NCBI RefSeq assembly: GCF_028641065.1
Contig: NC_073377.1
Span: forward strand, 151,714,001 to 151,778,000
Reading direction: 5' to 3'
DNA: 64,000 nucleotides
Source: Leucoraja erinacea
Taxonomy: Eukaryota
Positions 12,754 through 25,557 of this stretch are shown here, in pieces. Within the stretch, counting starts at the first letter, position 1. Each line of letters starts with the position of its first letter. The position numbers and the translations under genes are program-made. The notes beneath the pieces are model-generated. The model saw only the letters and a program-made list of their open reading frames with translations, did no database searches and was not told the origin of the DNA.

Positions 12754-12910
12754 GAAGATAGACACAAAAAGCTGGACTAATTCAGCAGGACAGGTAGCAT
12801 CTCTGGGAAGAAGGAATGGATGACGTTTCTTGTTGAGACCCTTCTTCAGACTGGTTAGGGATAAGGGAAACATGAGATATAGACGGTGATATGGAAAGAT
12901 AAAGATCACT
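12754..12910 (-). mobile_element. Penelope terminal-repeat fragment with degenerate hammerhead core (12821-12851)
   Basis: gaagatagacacaaaaagctgga...tgacgtttcttgttgagacccttcttcagac. Confidence 0.7.
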
Positions 12911-12976
12911 CCCTGATGCTTGTTGAGTTCAGCTTTAGGTTTGGTTCATTGGCAATGATGACCTCTAGAATACTTA

Positions 12977-14592
12977 CAGTGGCTTGCAAAAGTATTCATA
13001 CCCCTTGAACATTTCCACATTTTGTCACGTTACAACCACAAACGTAAATGTATTTTATTGAGATTTTATGTGATAGACAAACACAAAGTGGCGCATAATT
13101 GTGAAGTGGAAGGAAAATGATACATGGTTTTCAAATTTTTTTACAAATAAAAAACTGAAAAGTGTGGCGTACCAAAGTATTTAGCCCCCTTTACTCTGAT
13201 ACCCCTAAATAAAATCCAGTGCAACCAATTGCCTTCAGAAGTCACCTAATTAGTAAATAGAGTCCACTTGTGTGTAATCTAATCTCAGTATAAATACAGC
13301 TGTTCGGTGAAGGCCTCAGAGGTTTGTTAGAGAACATTAGTGAACAAACAGCATCATGAAGCCCAAGGAACACACCAGACAGGTCAGGGATAAAGTTGTG
13401 GAGAAGTTTAAAGCAGGGTTAGGTTATAAAAAAATAACCCAAGCTTTGAACATCTCACGGAGCACTGTTCAATCCATCATCCGAAAATGGAAAGAGTATG
13501 GCACAACTGCAAACCTACCAAGACATGGCCGCCCACCTAAACTGACAGGCCGGGCAAGGAGAGCATTGATCAGAGAAGCAGCCAAGAGGCCCATGGTAAC
13601 TCTGGAGGAGCTGCAGAGATCCACAGCTCAGGTGGGAGGATCTGTCCACAGGACAACTATTAGTCGTGCACTCCACAAATCGGGCCTTTATGGAAGAGTG
13701 GCAAGAAGAAAGCCATTGTTGAAAAAAAGCCATAAGAAGTCCCGTTTGCAGTTTGCCACAAGCCATGTGGGGGACACAGCAAACATGTGGAGGAAGGTGC
13801 TCTGGTCGGATGAGTACAAAATTGAAGTTTTTGGCCTAAATGCAAAATGCTATGTGTGGTGGAAAACTAACACTGCACATCACCCTGAACACACCATCCC
13901 CACTGTGAAACATGGTGGTGGCAGCATCATGCTGTGGGGATGCTTTTCTTCAGCAGGGACAGAGAAGCTGGTCAGAGTTGATGGGAAGATGGATGGAGTC
14001 AAATACAGGGCAATCTTGGAAGAAAACTTGTTAGAGTCTGCAAAAGACTTAAGACTGGGGCAGAGGTTCACCTTCCAGCAGGACAACGACCCTAAACATA
14101 CAGCCAGAGCTACGATGGAATGGTTTAGATCAAAACATATTCATGTGTTATAATGGCCCAGTCAAAGTCCAGACCTAAATCCAATTGAGAATCTCTGGCA
14201 AGACTTGAAAATTGCTGTTCACAGACGCTCTCCATCCAATCTGACTGAGCTTGAGCTATTTTGCAAAGAAGAATGGGCAAAAATTTCAGTCTCTAGATGT
14301 GCAAAGCTGGTAGAGACATACCCCAAAAGACTTGCAGCTGTAATTGCAGCGAAAGATGGTTCTACAAAGTATTGACTCGGGGGGGCTGAATACTTTTGCA
14401 CGCCACACTTTTCAGTTTTTTATTTGTAAAAAAATTTGAAAACCATGTATAATTTTCCTTCCACTTCACAATCATGCACCGCTTTGTGTTGGTCTATCAC
14501 ATAAAATCCCAATAAAATACATTTACGTTTGTGGTTGTAATGTGCAAAATGTGGAAAAGTTCAAGGGGTATGAAAACTTTTGCAAGCCACTG
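12977..14592 (+). mobile_element. Full-length Tc1 (DD34E) transposon, Passport-like, IR/DR ends
   Basis: TA|CAGTGGCTTGCAAAAGT...ACTTTTGCAAGCCACTG|TA; ~210-bp imperfect TIRs with an inner direct repeat (~13170-13189 and ~14381-14400); 1616 bp. Confidence 0.96.
13356..14375 (+). pseudogene. Tc1 transposase (339 codons) with one in-frame stop at 14151-14153
   Basis: Paired-like [34 protein letters not shown]. 34 residues between the second D and E; the frame continues to GSTKY-TGA at 14373-14375. Confidence 0.93.
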
Positions 14593-17494
14593 TATGTTGA
14601 CAGCACCAAATGCCATTGAGTGTCAGGAGCAAATGATTCGATTCTTACTGGGATGGCCAGTGCCAGACTCCTATATGGAATGAATGTTACTTGGCATTCA
14701 TTGACCTTTTATGAATGTTGTACAATCTTGCTGCAGGTATGGGCTGTTTAATTAGCTAAGAATTATGAATGGAATTGAATATTATGCAATAAGCAAGCCT
14801 TCACACTTCTGAGCTTGTGATTGCCATAAGATCATTGTTGCAGCAGCTAAAAATGGTTGGGCCTATATGGAGCCTGAGGCCCTAACATTCTATGGAGGAC
14901 CTACAGCAGTGATGTCAATAATTTCTACCATCGGCAAGGTGTAAGTCAAAAATGCAAAAAAAATGGTGCAGTACCTGCTGTAACCTATTACACCATCTTT
15001 GATGAAGCAGCCTGTTTGAGTGGCACTCCAACCCCCAGCCTGAACACATGTTCCCCCACCACGCCTACACCGTGGCAACGATATGTACAATACACCCAGG
15101 ATCTTTGACAACACAACTGTTTTTATGTCTTTACCACATGCATGCTTTCCCTTTGATGCCCCTTGACTTCTGATTGTGTCACTTGAAATCTGAGACTTTT
15201 GCGACCAAAGATTAGAGGCATTTTGGAGTACTACCATTTGCAAGTTTCCCTTCAATTTATGCGCACCATGCTACCATGAAATATAAATTGGTGTTGCTTT
15301 GTTCTCGTTGGCTCCATATATACCCTGGAACTTCATGCCCATCATGACAGTATATTTTTAGTGAAAGGGTTGCAGTGGGTTATTGTTAGGACTGGGTTGA
15401 CTGTTTAGTCGGCTTGACAGTAATGCTTGGCTTGACAGTAATGTCCGCTTTCTGTGAATTAAAAAAGATGGCCGACAACATCCATGACTTTTTAGTGAAT
15501 TATAAACACATGAGTGATACTTATATAAATGCAACATTCAATGCTTCTGATGAAAGATAATGCTAATTGAAATTAGAACGTGTTCAGTTTATCATAAATT
15601 TTGTAAAACTTGAAATATATTTTGTTCTCCCAACAGTCTGCCTACTCATTAGTGCACAGCCAGTGAAGTTGTTGGAAATGAACGAGGTTTCTGCTAGGTT
15701 TGGTAAAGTGTAAATAAATTTACACGGAAATATAGGAAAAATAATTTGTCACAGTTAGGGCAATTTGTGTCTGTAGTATTGCAATAATTTAAACAGGAGG
15801 GTGAAATTGTCAGTTAAATTGCATGGATGTTGCCAATTAATTGCCATAATAATGACAACAAATATAGATATGGCATTGGAATGTTCTGAGGTGTTGGATC
15901 TGTGGCCTCCTCTCTCACCAGTGCTGGATGTGAATGTTGGCTTTTGCTGATGCTCTGTACCCAGGAATTGGGTAGTAAGGTCCAAATGAGAAATAAAACT
16001 TGGTTGGTTGTTTATCAGTGCCCTGTCTGGAATATCCCTGAAAGACTGATGGTGGCAAAGCTGGAAATGTGGGGAGAATGTTTTGCTTTTTGTCAAATCT
16101 GTGCAGGTTTAAGGTTCTAATTGTCTTTGACATTTAAAGAGAGTATTAAAAAAGATGTATTAAAAACAAAGTTATAAAAAATGTTTTGGAAAAACTAAAA
16201 ATATGGCAACACAAATCATTAAAAACATTAGGTAGAAAATGACTTGATTAATCTTCCCTATTTGATAAGCTGAAGATCTCAAGTCAGATGAGAGGCAACC
16301 TTAGTATCCGTTGTAATGCTGGCCGAACCCATCATAGAGTCAAAGGTTCAAAAGTCAGTTTATTGTCACATGTACCAATTAAGGTACAGTGAAACTGGAA
16401 TTATCAGCTGACTCGAGTCAAGCAGCACAGAAACTGGTGCATCAGCTTAACGTGCATTCTGAACAAGATGCCCATCTCTCGTCCCATCTGCTCCTAATTG
16501 GACCATATCCTTCTAAACCCTTACTATTTACGTACCTGTCCAAATGTCCCCTAAATGTTGTTGTATATGCCTAAACTATTTCATCTGGCAACTTGTCCCA
16601 TATAGGGTCAATGCCCCATGTTACCCTTCATATTCATATTAAATCTTTCCTCTCTCGCTTTAAACCTGTGTTGTCTAGTTCCAGATTCTCCAAACCTGTG
16701 TAAAAAAAAAAAAAAAACTCTCTGTGCCTTCACCATCTGTGCCTTCTTGATTTTATACACCCTTATGATATCACCCTTCAGTCTCCTGCGTTCCAAAGAA
16801 TAAAGTCCTAGCCTGCCCAGCCTCCTCCTGTAGCCCTGGCCCTTGAGTCACGGTACATACTCGTAAATCTTTTCTGAATTCTTTCCAGCTTATTGATATA
16901 TTTCCTATAGCAGGGTGACTAAACCCAAACACAACACTCCCAAGTGCGGCCTCATCAACGTCTGATACAACTGCAACTGTGCCACTTTCAGGGAACAATA
17001 CAATTGTACTTTTTGGTCCTTCTGTTCTACAGTACTCCCCAGGGCCCTACCGTTCACTCTGAAAATCCTACTCTGGTTTGACTTCCCAAAATGTAACTTA
17101 CCCAAATTAAATTCTATTGACATTTCTTGGCCTACTCCCCCAGCTGATCAACATTTTGCTTTAATTCTTGATAATCGTCACTGTCTCAATGCCAACTACT
17201 TTTAGTGTCATCTGCAAACTTATGAACTTTGTACTATAATCCAAACATTATATAGATGACAACCAGCAAAATAGCCCAACACTGATCCCTGTGGCACGCC
17301 ACCAATCATGCACTTCCAATCCAAAAATAAACAACCTTTCACCATCACTCTTGGCTTCCTACCATCAAGCTAATTATATATTCAATAAGTTAGCTCTCCC
17401 TGGACATCATGCAATCTAACCGCCTGGAGTAACCTACCATATGGAACATATCAAAAGCCTTGCTGATGTATGTATGGACTACATACATGGACTG

Positions 17495-17974
17495 GCAGAC
17501 TGATTCCTGGGATGTCAGGACTGTCTTATGAAGAAAGACTGGATAGACTTGGTTTATACTCTCTAGAGTTTAGGCGATTGAGAGGGGATCTTATAGAAAC
17601 TTACAAAATTCTTAAGGGGTTGGACAGGCTAGATGCAGGAAGATTGTTTCCGATGTTGGGGAAGTCCAGGACAAGGGCTCACAGCTTAAGGATAAGGGGG
17701 AAATCCTTTAAAACCGAGATGAGGAGAACTTTTTTCACACAGAGAGTGGTGAATCTCTGGAACTCTCTGCCACAGAGGGTAGTTGAGGCCAGTTCATTGG
17801 CTATATTTAAGAGGGAGTTAGATGTGGCCCTTGTGGCCAAGGGGATCAGAGGGTATGGAGAGAAGGCAGGTCCGGGATACTGAGTTGGATGATCAGCCAT
17901 GATCATATTGAATGGCGGTGCAGGCTCGAAGGGCCGAATGGCCTACTCCTGCACCTATTTTCTATGTTTCTATG
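17495..17974 (+). mobile_element. Young CR1 3' fragment
   Basis: RLIPGMSGLSYEERLDRLGLYSLEFRRLRGDLIETYK, hairpin and TTTCTATG tail; nearly identical to 53535-54005. Confidence 0.92.
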
Positions 17975-18417
17975 GTTCTTTTGTGCCACAAGATGCATTT
18001 GAAAGTGTACTAACGATGATGCATATATCTCAGCCAGATCTCCTGTACTTTCTTCTTTAGCTTCCCACAGTATTGTAGGATATGACTGATCAAGTCCAGG
18101 TTATTTATCTCCCCATACATGCCTTATGACACCCAGTCTTTCTCCCGGATCGAAAACAGGAGAAATATTCGCTGAGAAGTTTGCCCATTTGGATCGATTA
18201 TATTATCTTTCTGCTAGCTGGTTAGCACGTAACTAAAGTTTTTCACTGTACCTTGGTACGTGTGACAATAAAGTAAACTGAACTAAACTGAAATCTGTGG
18301 CTCCAAACATAAGTTCCTGCATTGGTCTTTGAGGAAGCCTATTTTCTCCATAGTTACCATTTTCCCTTTAATGTACATAAAACTTTGGATTTTACTTTTA
18401 TTTTCTGCCTCTCATAG

Positions 18418-19215
18418 TAAGTAAGTACGTTTTATTTATATAGCACATTTTAAGTCAACTCGCATTGACACCAAAGTGCTTTACATAAATTAAATAATAA
18501 GTTCCATTACAAAGCATAGAAAAAGGTTAAAAAAAAAAAGAATAAAATGGACACAACACATAATAGAGTTCAACACAAAAGTCCCCCCCACAGCAGAATC
18601 AAAACTTTCCACTGTGGGGAAAGGCACCAGAAAGTTAAGTCCTCTTCCTCTGTGAAACACCCGAGGTCGGGGCCCATTTGTGGCCGTGCAGCCAGTCCGA
18701 TGATTTTCAGGGCCCTCTTGCCGTGAAGATGGAACTTCGGCGTCAGGTGAAACATTCCTCAGCGGCTTGGAAAAGTCTGGAGCGGCTGCCTCCTCCCTGG
18801 AGACCGGGGCACTCGTAGTCCTCAGGCCGCGCCGGCTGGAGCTCCGACCCCGGTGAACTCGATCCCTGGCTCTGCGGCGCTCCAAATCCAGTGCCGCCCG
18901 CGGCCGGACGCCCGCAGCCCCTGCTCCGCGATGTTGGGATCGATGGCCACAACGCTCCGGAGCCTACCGCACGGCGACCCGGCAAGGCATCGCTCGCTCC
19001 GTGTTGGCATCCCAGCGCTGCACCATCGCCGCCGAAGCTCTAGTCCCGGCCGGCCCCGACAGGAAACGCCGCTCCATTCTCGATGGTAGGCCGTGAGGAC
19101 GGGGCGAAGAAGCTGCTTGGAGAGATGCTGCCTCTCCGACCAGGTAGGTGACTAAGAAATGAAGTTTCTCCCTTCCCCACCCCCACCCCCCACATAGAAG
19201 ACCTCCACTAACATT
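18418..19215 (-). mobile_element. Non-coding GC-rich SINE-like retroelement
   Basis: (GTAA)n tail at 18416-18427; core homologous to 11012-11797. Confidence 0.7.
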
Positions 19216-19227
19216 TATACCTAAGAA

Positions 19228-19680
19228 TGATCCCAGGAATGAGTAGCTTAATCTATGATGAGCATTTGTTGGCACTGGGCCTGTATTCGCTGGAGTTTAG
19301 AAGAATGTGGGGGACCTCATTGAAACATATAGAATAGTGAACGGCTTGGATAGAGTGGATGTGGAGAGGATGTTTCCACTGGTGGGAGAGTCTAGGACGA
19401 GAGGTCATAGCCTCAGATTTAAAAGACGTTCTTTTAGAAAGGAGATGAGGAGATTTCTTTAATCAGGGGCTAGTGAATCTGTGGAATTATTTGCCACAGA
19501 AGGCGGCGGAGGCCAAGTCAGTGGATATTTTTAAGGCAGAGATAGATAGATTCTTGATTGTACTAGTGTCAGAGGTTATGGGGAGAAGGCATGAGAATGA
19601 GGTTAGGAGGGAGAGATTAGCCATGATTAAATGGCGGAGAAGACTTGATGACCTAATTCTATTCCTATTCATGCCCTTAT
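19228..19680 (+). mobile_element. CR1 3' fragment
   Basis: GLYSLEFRR..GESRTRGHSL..NLWNYLPQK homology and 3'UTR. Confidence 0.8.
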
Positions 19681-20070
19681 AATATTTCCCCCTTTTGACC
19701 TCCGGATTTCCTTCTTATGACTACAACTGCAATCCTCTGTACTTCTCCAAGGATTCACTTTATCTCAGATTCTTGTGGCTGATCCAAGCCTTGTTTTTTT
19801 TTCTGACCAGAGTCTCAATATAATTTGTCATCCAGGGTTCCCGACTCCTGCTGGCCTTGCCCTTCACTGGAACCGGAACATTCCGACCTTTAACTCCCAC
19901 TATTTCACTTTTAAAAGCCTCTGACTTACCAGGCATCCATTTGCCCACAAGCAACTTACTCCGATCAGTTTTTGTCTGATACTGCCAAAAATTCAACTTA
20001 CCCCAATATACTTGTGGAACAATCCTGTGCTTTTCCATAACTATTTAGAAACTAATAGAACAATGAATGG

Positions 20071-20585
20071 GTAAGTTTATTGGCCAAGTATATTCACATA
20101 CAAGGAATTTCCTTGGTGCTCCAGCCGCAAGTGACAACATGACATACTGTGACAGTTAGGAATGACACATAAAACATGAAACATTAATAATAAACCATTA
20201 TCGATTAAACATGTGAATTAAATAAAATACCATATCAGAGCAAAATGAGGCTACAGATTTTTGGTTATTGAGTAGAGCTACTACTCGTGTAAAAAAAATA
20301 CTGTTTTTATGTCTGGTTGTGGCAACTTTGACAGTCATAAGTCGCCTTGCAGAGGGAAGTGATTCAAAGAGTTTGGGGCCAGGGTGAGAGGGGTCAGAGA
20401 TAATCTAACCCGCTCGCTTCCTGGCCCTTGCAGTGTACAGTTTGTCAATGGAGAGAAGGTTGCAGCCAACAACCTTCTCAGCTGATCGAACAATTCACTG
20501 CAGCCTCCAGGTGTCGTGCTTGGTGGCTGAGCCAAACCAGACCATGATGGCGAAGGTGAGGACAGACTCTACGATGGCCATATAG
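20071..20585 (-). mobile_element. Rex1/Babar LINE 3' fragment
   Basis: Minus-strand AIVESVLTFAIMVWFGSA..RLQ; the tail ttggccaataaacttac also occurs at 51200-51260. Confidence 0.7.
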
Positions 20586-21849
20586 AATTGGTCACTGCTC
20601 CCAAAGTGCTTCCCTACTGACAAATCAGGCACTTGCCTGCCTTATGTCCCAATCATTAGGTCAAGCTTAGCTGTCACTTTAGTAGGGTCTTCCATTTATA
20701 TTGTGAGGATACTGTCCTGAATATGCTGAACAAATGCCACACATCTAAGCCTTGTGGCAGCCGCATTCTTTATTAGGAAAATTAAAATCTCCTACTATAG
20801 CCACTATTATTCTTGCAACTCTGCAATTTCCCAGCAAATTTATTCCTCTTGTCCTTCTTGACTATTTAGGGTCCCAACATTGTGATCAACCCCTTTTTAA
20901 AATTTCTCAATTCCTCCCATAACGCCTCCTAGATCACTGCCATGATGTTCTCCTTAATCAAAAACACAACCTCACTTCCTCCAGGCTTCTGATCTTCATG
21001 TCGACTCCAAGGGTACTCGGCTGTCACTGAGTAAGTCCCACACTTAAAGTGGCTGGGTACATTCCTAAGTAAGTAGGAATGGTTGAATGCTGATACTTCT
21101 CTATAGAACCGTTGGCCACAGCCAGGAAGATCTGGCTTATCATGTTGTTTTATGATTTGATGTAGAACAGAAGACATAATGTAACAATTTTGTTGCATTT
21201 AATTTGGTTTTAGAAAGTATTTAAACAACAATTCATCCCATTTACTTTAATTGTTTAAATTTAATGAATTTACTCAGTTCAGAATAATTGTAAAATGTTA
21301 TCAAATTTTATCTATTCAGATATATACTAATATCCATTTTCTGAAAATTGAATTAATTCATAAGAGTTAATTTGAAATATTATTTAATGACCATTGAAGC
21401 ACATTAAAAATAATTAACTTTATTCACTTGCATTTACCGATGCTAATCCAACTGAGATTGATTTTAAATTATCTCAATATAATTATTTTAGGGAAACCCA
21501 GTGATTAAGGAAGCAGTGACAGTGATTAAATTATTGGACTAGTAATCTTATGCACAGGCTTATAAATCACTCAGTTGCATAAGAATCACTATATTAAATA
21601 AAAATGAGACTGAAACTGAATGGACCACTGGGTAAATTGTGAGAACTATTTTACTGACTAGAAAAACACCAAGCATATTACCATAAAATCATACTACACA
21701 GCCAATGAGTCACAAACTGATGTTTTTGGCCTATTTCCTACACAGTGTTATGCATGTTGAAGGGAATTGCTCAGTGCATCTTCAGTCTTAACTTGAAATC
21801 TCTTTGCATCAGGACACTTACACCCATTGGGCAATAATTATTGTAGTCC

Positions 21850-21990
21850 TTCAGTTGATGAGTCAATACTCTGACCTCCTGTGCTGTAGTTGTGAAGTTT
21901 GCACATTTTCACTGTGCCATGTGGATTCCTCGTGGTTGGTAGTTTGTTAGTGTAAGTTACCTCTAGTGTATTTGGGAGTTGATGGTTCCA
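21850..21990 (+). mobile_element. Degenerate SINE remnant (V-SINE/HE1-like)
   Basis: gaagtttgcacattttcactgtgccatgtggattcctc resembles the V-domain (GGAGTTTGCAYGTTCTCCCYGTG..TGGGTTTCCTC); similar minus-strand remnants at ~23060-23170 and ~33100-33390. Confidence 0.4.
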
Positions 21991-22314
21991 TGTTGAACCA
22001 GAAATTAAGTTATTTGCAAGGACACAAAATGTAGTCTGGGAAATTTCTGAGCCATCATCAAGAGTATTTCACTCGCACCATTGCTGACCAGTTGAATTAA
22101 TCTTGAAGGATGAAGCTAGCAGACGGTGACTGTGAAGGAAACCATCATGAGGAACTGCAACTCCACCAATTCCTTGCATCAGCTTGCAAGGCAGCTGATA
22201 GATAGGAATCCTAAATATTCTCTTGGTCTCTATTATCAATAGAGATAAGGGCAGCAGAGAGAGGAGAAAAATACTGATTGTTAATTTACTGACAAATCAT
22301 ACTGGTTCAGAAAT

Positions 22315-22462
22315 ATAGAAACTCAGTGGGTCAGGCAGCATATCTGGACAACATGGATGGGTGATGGAGGGTCTGAAGAAGGGTCCTGACCCGAAATGTC
22401 AATAATCCATGTTCTCCAGAGATACTGCCTGACTGCAAATTTACTCCAGCACTTTGTGTCTA
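22315..22462. mobile_element. Fold-back Penelope-derived short element with + strand hammerhead core (22371-22401)
   Basis: Inverted arms caggcagcatatctggacaacatggat / atccatgttctccagagatactgcctg flank CTGAAGAAGGGTCCTGACCCGAAATGTC. Confidence 0.7.
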
Positions 22463-23600
22463 GCTCAGAAATGTATTGTTCCACATATTGTGGGAATGTC
22501 TACCATTTTCTTTCTCTATTATCCATTATTAATTTTAAGCTTTGTTTCTGGCCATGCCAAATTTACTCCCATTGTTGCATAGATAAAAGATAAAAGCACT
22601 TAAAGTTACTGAGCTGCCCAGTTCAAATCAGGCACTTCAGCCCACCTAGTCCATGCTAAACGGGTTTGCTTATTGGTCTAGTCCCATTGCCTATCCCATA
22701 CTTTCATCATTCTCAGCCTAACGTGTATGTTTTTATGCTAATAAGCAACCTGCAATATAAACTGCAGCTCGTTGCATGAATATATCTTGAGAGTACTTTG
22801 TAGTTCATTAAAAAAGTTTATAGAAGGTAAAATATTTCTGTAATTTGACTAACTAAAGGGCCTGTCCCACTTTCCCTGAGTTATTCACGAATGCATCAAG
22901 TATGAACCCATTCTCACTACCTTGGTTCTGAATCCGTTTTTTGCATTCTTTATGGCTTCGTGCGGGGGCCTTCAGTCATCAGATATAATAATGGCTCTCT
23001 GAGCATTTAATTCATTCGCATTCCCCCACTTGATTTACCTAGAAACCATTGTTCAATCATTTTTCTCTCCCTACCACCCCCATTCTTCTGCCACCCACAT
23101 ATATTTTGGATGTGGGAAGAAATAAGAATGGTCAAGGAAAACCCATACAATCGTGAAAACACAAACTATCGCAGTAATTTTGTGTCCAAATCTTGGAGTA
23201 CATTTGCAGATTTTCAGATATCAATTTGGGAAATCTTCAGAATATTTATGTAATGATTGATTGCAAACAAATATTTTTAAAAAAAACAGTAGGTACTGTA
23301 GTCTGCAAGTAAGATTGTGAAATCAGATAAGCCTGACTGCAGTTTCCACTTTCCCCCATCAACCTTGACGCAAGGCTTCCTTAGTTCCCAGTATTTTATA
23401 TGTTCAAATTGGCTACATTAAAATATGTGTTTTGCATTACTTGAATGAGTTATCTTCTCTAATGCAACAATTATTGCCAACATCATCTTTTAGTGTCAAT
23501 TTGTTTATATATCTTGATACAATCACCAACCCTTTTGACCACACATCACTGTTAAATCTGATTATGCCCACAAATGTATCTTTGAGCAAAAGGTGCCTTA

Positions 23601-23940
23601 AGGGCCCGTCCCACTTTCCCGAGTTATTCACAAATTCTCCCGCGTTTTCAAACTCGCAGAATGTTTGTAACGAGTCCGTAGGAGTCCGTGGATATATCGT
23701 AGCGGTTCGTTATGCCAGCTGTAGGTACTCGGGGCATCAGGTAAGTCGGGATGTTTTTTCAGCATGATGAAAAATGTCCACGATTAAAAAAATAGCCCCG
23801 ATTACCTACGGCTGGCATAACGAGCCGCTACGATATATCCACGGACTTCTACGGCCTCCTACGGACTCGTTACAAACATTCTGTGAGTTTGAAAACTCGG
23901 GGAAATTCGTGAATAACTCAGGGAAAGTGGGACAGGCCCT
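23601..23940. mobile_element. PIF/Harbinger MITE with TTA TSD
   Basis: TTA|AGGGCCCGTCCCACTTTCCC...GGGAAAGTGGGACAGGCCCT|TTA; long internal palindromic arms. Confidence 0.88.
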
Positions 23941-24275
23941 TTAGTTAGTCAGGCTCTTAATTTTATTCTGTTTGTTTAGCTTTCTTTGCTAGTTTTGGTG
24001 TAAAACCTTTGTTTTTATAAATGGGCCACTTTTTTCTGTGAACTAAATTGCCAAGTAACTGAGTTGAATTTGTTATTTTTAAACTTACTAAATTGTAATA
24101 TGGCTGCAGTCTTAAATGTAACAAGAAATATAAAAAAGATTGCAATCTCGCAGGCAGATTTTGTATTTCCATTTTCTACGATAAGTGCGTGTCAGCACTT
24201 TCATCATCACTTTTATTGCATTGTTTAAATGAATACATTTGTACATATTTCTGGTAACTGCAGTGCAACAATATA

Positions 24276-25025
24276 CAATGCCTCCATAATGTTTGGGACA
24301 AAGACCCATAATTTATTTATTTGCCTGCACTGCACAATTTGAGATTTGTAATAGCAAAAATCACTTGTTTAAAGTGCACATTGTCAGATTTTATTAAAGG
24401 GTGTTTTTATGCATTTTGGTTTCACCACGTAGAAATTACAGCTGTGTTTATACATAGTCCACCCATTTCAGGGCACCATAATGTTTGGGACACATGGCTT
24501 CACAGGTGTTTATAATTGCTCAGATGTGTTTAATGCCTCCTTAATACAGGTATAAGAGAGCTCTCAGCACCTCGTCTTTCCATCACTCTTGGAGGAGGAG
24601 GGGGGGGGGGGGGGGAGGGGGGGGGGGCGGCGGGAAGAAGAAAGGAAGAGGAGGAGCCAGAGGGCTGAGGGAGAGCTGAGAAAGGGGAGGAGACAGCAAG
24701 GGGTACCGGAAATTGGAGAATTCAATGTTCAAGCCCCCGGGGTGCAGACTGCCCAAGTGGAATATGAGACGGGGGGGGGGAGATGGGAAAATGTGGTGAG
24801 TGGTGGGGTCACATTGGAGGTGGCGAAAATGACGGAGGAATATTTGTTGTATGTGACGGCTGGTGGGGTGGAAGGTGAGGACTAGGGGGACTCTGCCCTT
24901 GTTCTGAGTGGGCGAATGGGGAGAGAGAGACCACATGTGATTTTTTTTTCTATTACAAATCTCAAATTGTCAGATTGATCCGAATAAATGATGGATCTTT
25001 GTCCCAAACATTATGGAGGGCACTG
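24276..25025. mobile_element. Internally deleted Tc1-like IR/DR element carrying a Penelope fragment (~24590-24930, minus)
   Basis: TA|CAATGCCTCCATAATGTTTGGGACAAAGA...TCTTTGTCCCAAACATTATGGAGGGCACTG; inner repeat ccataatgtttgggaca at ~24476; the insert encodes RVPLVLTFHPT. Confidence 0.75.
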
Positions 25026-25557
25026 AGTATTTGGGAAAACATTTCTGCAAATGGATGTGAATTGACCATTGAAAAATGAATGCCATGGGGTTATTGCATG
25101 CTCAACTTTATGTCCCCTTTAACATACAGTCAGCCCCCTGCTTGCACCAGGGTTTCATTCCATGGTTGGTTGGAGGGGTGGTACGTGAGTTTTAGGAGGT
25201 AATTGTGATCACTAAAAAACAAGTCTGACAACAATTGATCAACAGATTATGAAATGCGCTGTACATATGACTGTAAAATATCATTTAACTGAGGTAACCT
25301 TTAACAACATTACTTTAATAGGGTACACTAGGAATGTGGTGTAGTATTGTTTGGGACATGAATGCCATTGTAGAAAATTACACTAAGTTAAGAGAGCTAA
25401 AACAATTAGCATAAAACCTGGATAAGACTACATATGAGCTAATGTTTGACACACACACAGAGTTTGAAGTAGGGAAATATGAGGTTTCATCTGCATCTTT
25501 CTGTGCCATAGGTGCAGACACCATGAATTTAGTTTGGAATGATACATTGATTCGTAA

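Larger units (their letters stand above)
16420..21000 (-). mobile_element. Old fragmented CR1 ORF2 (minus strand) interrupted by several younger insertions
   Basis: Collinear minus-strand pieces: 3'UTR/RT at 16420-17465, ~17980-18410, 19690-20065 (VPVKGKASRSREPWMT) and 20590-21000 (APE-like). Confidence 0.6.
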
